A stretch of 64,000 bases of DNA from Polyangiales bacterium (GTDB taxonomy: Bacteria > Myxococcota_A > Polyangia > Polyangiales > Polyangiaceae). The notes under the pieces are model-generated. The model did not search any database. It was given only the letters and a program-made list of their open reading frames with translations, and was not told the DNA's origin. The position numbers and the translations under genes were made by a program. The stretch lies in assembly GCA_038231275.1 (NCBI GenBank), contig JBBRLQ010000003.1:384001-448000 (forward strand), read 5' to 3'. Positions 19,334 through 27,700 of this stretch are shown here, in pieces (the first letter of the stretch is position 1; each line of letters begins with the position of its first letter).

Positions 19334-19349
19334 AGCAGCATGTGTGCCG
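19334..19349 (-). promoter_or_regulatory. Putative sigma54 promoter
   Basis: CGGCACACATGCTGCT, 12 nt before ATG 19321. Confidence 0.62.
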
Positions 19350-19494
19350 GCTCTTCCGCTCGAGATTTCTCGGTGATTCGCGCGATTCTCGGATTGGATC
19401 CCGGCGCGTCTCCGATCCAGCGCCGGTGTCATTGCGCGGAGACGCGCGCGGTTTCGTGCAGCACGACGGTCAGAATGCAGCGAGAGGAGAACGT

Positions 19495-21129
19495 TTACGG
19501 ACGGCGTCGTGCTCGGCGCGCGCCAACTGCGGCGACCGCGATCACAACGCCGAGCGCCGCGCCGTCGGAGCGCGAGCCGCCATCTGGCGATGTGTGCACA
19601 GTGCATCCTTTTGCGCCAGGAGAGCCGCTCCCGCCCCCTTGCGCGGGCGGCACCGGATCGGGACCGGCCGCGTCGAAGGCCAAGAAGACGTGGTTGGTGA
19701 TCGTGTGGATCTTCGCGCCTTCGAAGAGGACTTCGAAACGCCAGCGATCCTCCCCGGTCGCCGGCGCCTGGACGTCCTTCTCGAGGATCTGCCCCTCCGT
19801 CGTGATAGGCAGCTCGTCCTCCGCGACGCCGTTGTGCACCCATCGCCCGGTGATCGTGTGGTTGACCATGTCGAGGCCGCTGACCTTGGCCTTCAGCACC
19901 GCGGTCTTCTGCTTGAGCGCATCGCCGGGCAGCGCGTCGCCGGCGGTCAGCTCCACCATCGGATCGTTCGGCTGATCGGTCTTCACGACGACGTGTCCCT
20001 TGCGCACGCCGTCGAGGATCGCCGCGGCGCTGAGCTCGGTCGCGTAGACGAGCGTGGTCGGGCTTCCCATCGCGCTCTGGAAGCTGCCGGTCTCCTTTCC
20101 CGCGCGGTGATCGTCGCCGCCGCCGAGCCCGACGACGTGCGCGCCCTCCGCCAGGTACTTCTCCCACAGCGCGATCGTCTGCGGCTGGAACAGGAGGCCG
20201 CTGCTCGAGAGACCGCCGGTCTCGATCTCGACGGCGAAGATCTTGCTCGTGGCGACGTCGTGCTTCCACGCGCAGCCGATGCAGAGGTTGCCGAGGTCGA
20301 GCATCGGGTGGTTGATGCTGAAGATCGCCCCTTGCGCGGCGATCGCGTCGACCGAGCCGTCGATCGTCGCGCCGTCGAGTCCGATCTTGTGGTCGACCCA
20401 GCGCGTGGCGCCGATCGCGTTCGCGTGGCCTTTGTAGGTGGTGAACTCGATACCGGGAATGAACAGCAGCTTCGCGAAGCGGGACTGCGCGTCGACGATG
20501 AAGTCGTCCTGCGTGACGGTGTTGTGATCGCTGAGCTCGACGAAATCGAGGCCGCGTGACAACGCGAACGTGCCGACCTCGTCCAGTGAAGGCGTCGCGT
20601 CGCCGCTCTCTTTCGAGTGCACGTGCAGATCGCCGGCGTAGTAGCGCGCGCCGGTGGTGAGGGCGGCGGCGGGGGCGTAGGGCTTGCGCTCGGTCTGCGG
20701 CGGCAGCGTCGGCGCGGTCCGTAGCGTCACGACGATGTGGTAGACGGCCGGGGACGCGACGACCTTCGCCTTGCCGACGTCCACCTTCCAGGTGCCGGCG
20801 GCGATCGCGCCCGTCATGTACGAGCGCGACGAGGCGCTCACCCCGACGATCGCGTTCTCGGAGTTGCCGCCGCCGTAGCCGCGCCAGGAGCCGGATTGAT
20901 CGTAGAGGCCCCAATCGAGGATGTTCTGATCGCTCTCGTCGGTGTGCAGGATCTCGATCTCCTGCGTGCCCGCGGGGACCTCGAAGGGGACGTAGAAGTG
21001 ATCGGGCCCGTCGGGCGGGACGTTGCCGTCCAGGGTGAGCGTGGAGTCGGCGCGCGCCGAGCCGGCCATGACGAAGGCGCCCAGGCCGACGAGCAACGGG
21101 ACGGACATGCGGAGCGGCGCGGACTTCAT
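19495..21129 (-). CDS. CehA/McbA (PHP-fold) metallohydrolase with MYXO-CTERM-like tail
   Basis: GDLHVHSKESGD, LSDHN, GIEFTT..GHAN, INHP, GGDDH; GC-TM-RRRP tail. Confidence 0.85.
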   Translation of the reverse strand: MKSAPLRMSVPLLVGLGAFVMAGSARADSTLTLDGNVPPDGPDHFYVPFEVPAGTQEIEILHTDESDQNILDWGLYDQSGSWRGYGGGNSENAIVGVSASSRSYMTGAIAAGTWKVDVGKAKVVASPAVYHIVVTLRTAPTLPPQTERKPYAPAAALTTGARYYAGDLHVHSKESGDATPSLDEVGTFALSRGLDFVELSDHNTVTQDDFIVDAQSRFAKLLFIPGIEFTTYKGHANAIGATRWVDHKIGLDGATIDGSVDAIAAQGAIFSINHPMLDLGNLCIGCAWKHDVATSKIFAVEIETGGLSSSGLLFQPQTIALWEKYLAEGAHVVGLGGGDDHRAGKETGSFQSAMGSPTTLVYATELSAAAILDGVRKGHVVVKTDQPNDPMVELTAGDALPGDALKQKTAVLKAKVSGLDMVNHTITGRWVHNGVAEDELPITTEGQILEKDVQAPATGEDRWRFEVLFEGAKIHTITNHVFLAFDAAGPDPVPPAQGGGSGSPGAKGCTVHTSPDGGSRSDGAALGVVIAVAAVGARRARRRP

Positions 21130-21141
21130 CACCGGAGGGTA

Positions 21142-21157
21142 TGCGCCTCTCGTGCCA
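21142..21157 (-). promoter_or_regulatory. Putative sigma54 promoter
   Basis: TGGCACGAGAGGCGCA, 12 nt before ATG 21129. Confidence 0.6.
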
Positions 21158-21430
21158 TGCGTCGGTTGGACGTCGCGCGCCCCATCCTCTGGATCTTCGC
21201 GGGCTCAGCGCCTGCACGGCCCGCCCGCCAAAACATCGTGAGGAGTCTACGGCTTGCACCGGCGACCGAAGCCAAGAGTCGCACGAGAGGAGGCTACGCC
21301 CCTCGCTGGGCGCGGACGTTCTCTCTTCTAGTCCGCGGTCCCTCGCGAGGCCGACATTGGATCCGCGGCCTCCTGCGGGCGGCTGAAGGCGCGGTTGCGC
21401 GGCGGAAACTTCATGCTAGCTAGATGTAGT

Positions 21431-21742
21431 ATGAAGACGCACATTGGTGTCGCGATGATCGGGGCGGCGCTTGTTTTCTCGGGATGCGCGGCGGTTCCGG
21501 GGGCCGAACCCGTGAGCGTGACCACGCTGACGAGCGCGGAAGTCGAGGCGCCGGCGCATGCCTATTCGGCGACGCCGTCGTGGTGGGCGGAGGACCCGTG
21601 GGGGCCTTCGGTGAGCCAGCGCGTCGCTCCGCTTCCGACCGAAGATCCGTGGAGCTCGGCGCCGCCTCCTCCTCCGCCCGCGCCCGTGACGGCGTGGGGT
21701 GGCCCGTCGGGTCACGAGATCATCCTGACGCGCACGCGCTGA
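21431..21742 (+). CDS. Small Pro/Trp-rich lipoprotein
   Basis: Lipobox FSGC; EDPW twice. Confidence 0.6.
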   Translation: MKTHIGVAMIGAALVFSGCAAVPGAEPVSVTTLTSAEVEAPAHAYSATPSWWAEDPWGPSVSQRVAPLPTEDPWSSAPPPPPPAPVTAWGGPSGHEIILTRTR

Positions 21743-21921
21743 CGTCGAGGCGATCACGCCGTTTCATCGCGGACGGGTGCTCTACGGAAAGGTGACGACG
21801 AGAGAGCCCGGTCGGTCGTGCCGCGTCCGAGCTGGCCGTCGGTGTTGAAGCCCCAACAGCTGGCGCGCGTGCTGACTCGTAGCTACACGGCGGTGCAGAC
21901 CGAGGTGTAGAGTTCCATACG

Positions 21922-22749
21922 ATGGGCAGCGCCGCGGACGAAGAGGACTGGCGTGCCGCCCAAGCGGTGTGGCCAGAGGTCGGCGTGACCGCGGAGGAGC
22001 TCGCCGCATTCGTCCGCGACCGTCTCGGTGACGCGAGCGCTCCAGCCGCGCACCCCGACCGCGCGGCGCGCTTGGCCGATCTCTTCCTCGCGTGCGGGTG
22101 CGCTCGTGGCGACGAAGCGGCGCTCGCGGCGTTCGAGCGCACCTACTTCGGCGAGGTCGACCGCATCGTCCGGCGCTACCGCGGTCCGGCTGCTCCAGCC
22201 CCCGATGAGGTGCGCCAGCTGCTTCGCCACAAGTTGTTCGTCACGCGGGACGGAGCCCTCCCCAAAATCGCCGACTACAGAGGCCAGGGCAGCCTGCGGA
22301 GCTGGTTCAGGGTGACGGCGAGTCGACTCGTCATGAACCTTGTCGTCCGAAAGGGCCCCGAGGTTCCGTTCGAAGGTGACGCGCTCGAATACTTGGCGGG
22401 CGCCTCCGACGCGCCCGACCTCGAGCACGCGCGGCGCGCGTACAAGGACGAGTTTCGCGCGGCGTTCGACCAGGCGTTCGGATCGCTCGCCGATCGCGAG
22501 CGATCCATCCTCCGTTACGCGTTTTGCGAGGGTCTCACGGTCGAAGCAATCGGCGCGCTCCACGGCGTCCACAAGACGACGGCCGCGCGCTGGGTCGTCG
22601 CGGCGCACCGGAAGCTCCAGGAGCACGTGCGCACGGCCATCATGGCGCGTCTACGTCTCGGCGAAGGCGAATACGCAAGCGTCATCCGGGCCCTCGGCAG
22701 CGGCCTTCAGCTCTCGCTCGATCGCTATTTGAAGCCCGCCCCGGCCTGA
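21922..22749 (+). CDS. ECF sigma factor, Myxococcales family (TIGR03001-like)
   Basis: DLFLACGCARGD, KIADYRGQGSLRSW, LTVEAIGALHGVHKTTAARW. Confidence 0.85.
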   Translation: MGSAADEEDWRAAQAVWPEVGVTAEELAAFVRDRLGDASAPAAHPDRAARLADLFLACGCARGDEAALAAFERTYFGEVDRIVRRYRGPAAPAPDEVRQLLRHKLFVTRDGALPKIADYRGQGSLRSWFRVTASRLVMNLVVRKGPEVPFEGDALEYLAGASDAPDLEHARRAYKDEFRAAFDQAFGSLADRERSILRYAFCEGLTVEAIGALHGVHKTTAARWVVAAHRKLQEHVRTAIMARLRLGEGEYASVIRALGSGLQLSLDRYLKPAPA

Positions 22750-22921
22750 AAAATCCGCAACCGGCGGCCTCCCCGAAAGAATCGCCTCAGGTGCGCGCTA
22801 CAAAACGCCGTCCTCGTGTCTGTACGGGCGAGAGAGCGGGGGAGCCCGGCGCCGCGGCGTGTCAGCCGTCGTATGCCCATCCGCGTGCCGTAACTACCCG
22901 CTCTCCATGAGGAGGTCTGTC

Positions 22922-23455
22922 ATGTCGAGGTCGACCGTCGGTTCGCTCGGTGGGTTCGTCGCGCGCGCGCGTTTGGGGTGGGTCGGAGGTGTGATCGCCG
23001 TCGTTGTGGTTGGGTGCAGCAGCAGCACGGAGAGCGGCTCGACCTCGAGCGGCGCGAGCGGCGGCGCCGGAGCCGGCGCGACCAATGGACCTCCGGCCGA
23101 CTGCGCCGCGCAGTGCGTCGCGCGCGCAAAGCAGTGCAACTCGGACGCGAGCCACTGCGCGTCGACGTGCGCCACCGTCTCGGCGACCCAGTACGCCTGC
23201 CTGGACAAGGCCGGATGCGACGTGGCGGCGGCGAACGCGTGCTTCAAAGGAACGCCCAGCAGCAGCAGCGGCGGAACCAGCGGCAGCAGCGGAAGCAGCA
23301 CGAACCCCTGCGCCGGGCAGCCGAACAGCCCGTCGCACGTGAAGTGCACGTGCGACGGCGCGACGTCTCTTTACTGCACGACCCTGCCGTCGAGCCAGTG
23401 GGCCACCAACTATTGCAAAAATCCCGGGTCGGGCTCGCCGTGCGTCGTGGACTGA
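22922..23455 (+). CDS. Cys-rich lipoprotein
   Basis: SD GAGGAGG; VVVGC lipobox; Cys clusters and SSG linkers. Confidence 0.7.
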   Translation: MSRSTVGSLGGFVARARLGWVGGVIAVVVVGCSSSTESGSTSSGASGGAGAGATNGPPADCAAQCVARAKQCNSDASHCASTCATVSATQYACLDKAGCDVAAANACFKGTPSSSSGGTSGSSGSSTNPCAGQPNSPSHVKCTCDGATSLYCTTLPSSQWATNYCKNPGSGSPCVVD

Positions 23456-23471
23456 CGAGCGCCTTGGGCGG

Positions 23472-25445
23472 CTACTCGTGGGCACGCCGCGTCTGGGCTC
23501 GGAAACCGTAGGGATAGAGGAACGCAATGGCGACGATGGAGACGGCCGCGCAGAGCGGCGCGAATCGCGGCCAGATGAACGCGACCGCGACCGAGGCTGC
23601 AAGGATGGGAACGGCGATCCAGAGGAGCCGCACCACCGTCACCGCCGTCATCGCCGTCACGAACGTCGCGAGCAAGAGCGAATGCACCGCCGCCTCGCTC
23701 GTGCTCCGGCCGAGGGCGAAGGTGGCCGCGTCGGAGGCGAGGACGCCGAGGCATGCGATGCCGTAGGCGCCCGCGATTCGGCGCGTCGCCGCCGTCGCGA
23801 GCAGCGCGCGACGCGTGAGCGCAAACGCGAGAGCGAGCGCGACCGCGGCGGCGCCGTCGAAGACGAGCGCCTCGGCGACGGGAAACGCCGCACCGCTGCG
23901 GACCGTCTGGTACGCCGCGATGGGCCCCGTGATGGCCCCGATCGCCGCCATCACCAGGAGCATCCGCGAAAGCGGATTGACGATCTTGGACGTATCGGCC
24001 TCGCGCGTCGTGTGCGCGTGTGCCCGAGCGTCGTCCTGCTCGCGGCGCATTTCCTCTTCCAGCGCGCTCACGCGCTCCACGAGATCTGCGTCGGGCGCGG
24101 TGAGATCTTGCAGGAGCGCGCGCGCCGTCGTCGGGCTCCGGACGGCGACGTCCCGCTCGACGAGCCGCGTGATGCTCGCCTGGAGCTCGGCGTGCAGCGT
24201 CGTATCGTGCGGCAAGAGCCTGAGCGCCGCGGCGAAGCCGAAGCGCGCCTCGATGAGGAAGCGGAACGCGTTCGCCGACGCCGGCCCTTCCTCGGTGACC
24301 AGCTCGCGCGCGCGCCGCGTCGCTTCCCGTGCGTCGCGCGCGACGATCTCGGCGTCACGGGCAACGAAGAACTGCGTGAGCGCCAAGCGAAAGGCGTCGG
24401 CGGACGGAGGACGGTCGTCTCTCTCGCGCGCCAGCGACGCGCGGACGAGCCTCGCGAGATCAGGGGAGACGCTGTCCGGAAGCTCGGGGATGGTCCCCGC
24501 GAGCGCTTTGCCGATCGCCACCATCGCGTTCGACGCCGCGTGCGGAGCGCGCCCCGTCAAGACGTGGTGTAGCGTCGCGCCCAAGAGGAAGACGTCGGTT
24601 CGCTCGTCGATCATCATCGGGTCGCCCATGGCCATTTCCGGCGCGAGGTACCCCGGCGTGCCCACGACCCCCTGCGCCTCGTCGGCGCGATCAGCCATCC
24701 GGAGGGCCACGCCCCAGTCGAGCAGGTAGACCTCTCCGAAGCGCCCGATCATCACGTTGTCGGGCTTGAGGTCTCGATGGATGACGCCGCGGTCGTGCGC
24801 GAACGCGAGCGCGCGGCAGATCTGGGAGAGGATCTCGACGTTCGCGCGCAGTCGATCGTCGTGCCCGTGCAGGAGCGGCGTCCACGCGGGGTGCGCTTCG
24901 TCGTCGAGCAGATCCCGCCACGTCGCGCCCTCGATGCGCTTCATCGCGAGCAGCGGCGATCCGTTCGCGTCCATGCCGAGCCAATGAACCGGAACGAGGT
25001 TCGGGTGCTCGAGCGCGCCCATCGTACGTGCTTCGCGGAGCAGGCCGTTCACCACCGCGGGGTCGCTGGAGGTCGGGACCTTGAGCGCGACCTGGCGCGA
25101 CAGATCGGGCTCGTCGGCGAGGTAGACGACGCCCATCCCGCCGGCCCCGAGCGCCTCTCGGACCGTGTAGCGTCCGATGCGGCTCCCAGGGGCGAGGAAG
25201 CTCCGCCCCTGCGCTTGCATTCGCGCGACGATGGCGGTCTGCGTCCCATCGCCCCCGCTGTCAAAAGGCGACGGCTCGAGGAACGTCCGCGCGAACCCGG
25301 CGGCGAGCTGATGACACTCCTGGCATCCGTCGAGGTGCCAGCGGACTCGGTCGGCGTCGCCCGGCGCGAGGTCGCCGTCGATGAAGGCGGCGAGCGCGCC
25401 GTCGTCGATGCAAGGACCGACGGACAGGGACTCGCGCAGCGCCAT
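23472..25445 (-). CDS. Ser/Thr kinase with N-terminal zf-HC2 (ZAS) domain and C-terminal multi-TM region
   Basis: HLDGCQEC; GAGGMG, VALK, HRDLKPDN, DWG, GTPGYLAPE; about 5 TM helices. Confidence 0.9.
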   Translation of the reverse strand: MALRESLSVGPCIDDGALAAFIDGDLAPGDADRVRWHLDGCQECHQLAAGFARTFLEPSPFDSGGDGTQTAIVARMQAQGRSFLAPGSRIGRYTVREALGAGGMGVVYLADEPDLSRQVALKVPTSSDPAVVNGLLREARTMGALEHPNLVPVHWLGMDANGSPLLAMKRIEGATWRDLLDDEAHPAWTPLLHGHDDRLRANVEILSQICRALAFAHDRGVIHRDLKPDNVMIGRFGEVYLLDWGVALRMADRADEAQGVVGTPGYLAPEMAMGDPMMIDERTDVFLLGATLHHVLTGRAPHAASNAMVAIGKALAGTIPELPDSVSPDLARLVRASLARERDDRPPSADAFRLALTQFFVARDAEIVARDAREATRRARELVTEEGPASANAFRFLIEARFGFAAALRLLPHDTTLHAELQASITRLVERDVAVRSPTTARALLQDLTAPDADLVERVSALEEEMRREQDDARAHAHTTREADTSKIVNPLSRMLLVMAAIGAITGPIAAYQTVRSGAAFPVAEALVFDGAAAVALALAFALTRRALLATAATRRIAGAYGIACLGVLASDAATFALGRSTSEAAVHSLLLATFVTAMTAVTVVRLLWIAVPILAASVAVAFIWPRFAPLCAAVSIVAIAFLYPYGFRAQTRRAHE

Positions 25446-25604
25446 GCGCGTGAGTGTACACCCCGCACCGCGTCGCCCTGACGCGGGCGTCGGGCGAGCG
25501 GGAACGGCAGCAGTGGATCCAAATCCCACCGGCGGCTGCGCCAAAGTCAAATCAAGCCATGGCGTAAATTACTGATAACACAAGAGTTGTACAATGTAGG
25601 ACAT

Positions 25605-25620
25605 TGGCACACCTGCTGCA
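25605..25620 (+). promoter_or_regulatory. Putative sigma54 promoter
   Basis: TGGCACACCTGCTGCA, 11 nt before ATG 25632; AT-rich tract upstream. Confidence 0.62.
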
Positions 25621-25631
25621 CCTCCTCCCGC

Positions 25632-27134
25632 ATGCTGACCCGCTCCGTTGCCCTCTCGGTCCTCGTCCTTGGCGTGGGTTGTTCGGCGGCGCCGGTCGCA
25701 AGTGAAACGCAGCGGTCCGCCGAAACCCGCGTCGCCGCGGCGGGTGCGCCTCTCGTCGAGTGCTGGCTCGAGGCCGACGACGTCAACCATCGCGACATGG
25801 TCGCGTGCGGCATGACGCCGAGCGCGCTCACGCTGCCCGTGAAGGTGAGCGCGCTGTCGGTGCGCAACGAGAACGGGTGGGGTGCTGACGTACCGCTCGA
25901 CCCCGCGGCGTCGGCGCGCATCGTGGAGTACGATCCGGCCAAGCTGATGCTCGCGTCGATCACCTGGGACGCCAGCGGCGTCGCGGGGCTCGCGGGGCTG
26001 ACCCAGCTGCACATCCCCGTGGTCGTTGGCGCCGGCGCGCGCGGCCGCGCGAAGGCACAGAGCGCCCGACTGCCGTTCGAGATCTGGCGCGTCGCCATCG
26101 TGGGCCACGCCGCGATGACCGGCGCGACGCTCGACGACATGTCGATCGCGTACACCGACCAGTTCGACCAATCATCGACGTACGCGGTCTCGCACGCGGT
26201 GCTTGCGGACGTCGGCGTCGGCGCCACGCAGTCGGTGTTCGTCGCCGCAGCGACGCACGGCACCGTGACGGGAACGGCCTCGTTCGGCGACACGACCGCG
26301 CCGTTCACGCTGAACGGTCCAGGCACCTACTTCGTAGAGTCGACGGGCCTCACGCGCGCCGCCGAGGACCCCGGCGCTCCGGCCGCGTGGTCGTGCTTCG
26401 TGCAGGGCACGGACAAACTCCAACTCGCCTGCCGTCTCGAAGCCGCCGAAGGGCTGTCGCTCCAGGTGGCCACCCTCAACCTCACCCTCGCCACCGGCGA
26501 AGCCAAGCGCGCCCTCGTCATCTACGACGGGAACAAGCGCGCGTACGAGCGTGCAGACACGGCCGGCATGACCACGCTGACGGATCCGACCGCGCTCGTG
26601 GTCGCAGACCTCGAGGCCAGCGCGTTCCCGCTCACCGTGAACCTCGAGGTTTCGCTCACCGGCAACCCCGGCGGCGGGCGTAGCAACTACGCGGGCGAGA
26701 TCTTGGGGCTCGGTAGCTTGGGCAGCCCCGACCCGTTCACGGTGAAACCCCTCAAGGGGAGCTTCACCGCGCAGAGCCCGACCGACATAACGAGCGACGT
26801 CCCGTACACGCTCCGCATGCCGTTCCGCCTGTGGCCGTTGACCTTCTCGACCACGGCGTCGTTCTTCACCTTCACGCTCGACGGATACACCGTCACCGCC
26901 GGCGCGGACTGGGACGTCGCCAAGAAGGGTGACCCGGTCTCCATTCCCGCGGGCCTCCTGCCGCCGCTGACGCCTGCCGCGTCCGCCACCACCTACTACG
27001 TGGCCGTCGACGCGAACGTCGTCTCTCTGAAGGGCACCTCGCGGTTCGGAGGGAACGACGAGAAGCCGTTCACGATCCCGGGCCCCGGCGCCTACGTCGC
27101 GCAGCCCGACGGGCTCCACGCCGCCGCGAACTGA
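25632..27134 (+). CDS. Hypothetical lipoprotein with internal duplication
   Basis: Lipobox GVGC; both halves share RxPFxxW and PFTxxGPGxY. Confidence 0.78.
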   Translation: MLTRSVALSVLVLGVGCSAAPVASETQRSAETRVAAAGAPLVECWLEADDVNHRDMVACGMTPSALTLPVKVSALSVRNENGWGADVPLDPAASARIVEYDPAKLMLASITWDASGVAGLAGLTQLHIPVVVGAGARGRAKAQSARLPFEIWRVAIVGHAAMTGATLDDMSIAYTDQFDQSSTYAVSHAVLADVGVGATQSVFVAAATHGTVTGTASFGDTTAPFTLNGPGTYFVESTGLTRAAEDPGAPAAWSCFVQGTDKLQLACRLEAAEGLSLQVATLNLTLATGEAKRALVIYDGNKRAYERADTAGMTTLTDPTALVVADLEASAFPLTVNLEVSLTGNPGGGRSNYAGEILGLGSLGSPDPFTVKPLKGSFTAQSPTDITSDVPYTLRMPFRLWPLTFSTTASFFTFTLDGYTVTAGADWDVAKKGDPVSIPAGLLPPLTPAASATTYYVAVDANVVSLKGTSRFGGNDEKPFTIPGPGAYVAQPDGLHAAAN

Positions 27135-27180
27135 GCCACGTCGAGATCACGAATTCGACCGAGATGGTAGAGTGCGTGGT

Positions 27181-27651
27181 GTGAGGAGTGACGACGACGC
27201 GCGGGTTCGTCCGAAGACTCCCCGCGCGTTGCTCGTGGCGCTCGCAGTCCTCGCCGCGATCCCGTGCTGCTCGTCGGCGCAGCGTCCGGCGCTCGAATAC
27301 CCCAGCGTGCGGGAGGCGGCGGCAAAGGCGCTCGACTGCGCTCCGGCGGGCGTTCACCTCGCGGAGGATCCCTCGCCCACCGGCGTCTACCTCGCCGACG
27401 GTTGCGGACGGAGCGTGAGCCTGACGTGCACCGAGTTCGCCGACGGCGTCACCTGCCGCGACGTTCCGCCGAAGAGCGGCAACGGCGGGGGGCAAGCGGG
27501 CGGCGAGGGCAGCGACAACGATACGACCGACACGAGCGACGACTCCGGCGGCTGCGGCTGCGGGCACCTCTTCAGCGGCAAGCACAACGCCAACGATCCG
27601 CCGAGCAACAACAACCCCACGAGCACGACGCCCCAGCGGACCAAGCGCTGA
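27181..27651 (+). CDS. Small Cys-containing lipoprotein
   Basis: Hydrophobic signal + PCC; ALDC...YLADGCG..LTC; TAGAGT 7 nt before GTG. Confidence 0.6.
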   Translation: MRSDDDARVRPKTPRALLVALAVLAAIPCCSSAQRPALEYPSVREAAAKALDCAPAGVHLAEDPSPTGVYLADGCGRSVSLTCTEFADGVTCRDVPPKSGNGGGQAGGEGSDNDTTDTSDDSGGCGCGHLFSGKHNANDPPSNNNPTSTTPQRTKR

Positions 27652-27700
27652 CCGCTCGCGAATTTTAGCAACCTCCGGCGCGTCGTGCCGATGGGGAGGC

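Noticed and set aside
17651-21259. 1202-aa ORF as one giant PLD
   Set aside because: The N-terminal half is an Arg-rich shadow frame over the real 19495-21129 gene; the PLD starts at its lipobox ATG 19321.
21431-21742. EDPW repeats as RiPP cores
   Set aside because: The protein has a lipobox and there are no modifying enzymes nearby.
25575-25603. CarH-like nnnACA repeats upstream of 25632
   Set aside because: Spacings are 13 and 10 nt rather than 11, and two of the three lack the leading T.
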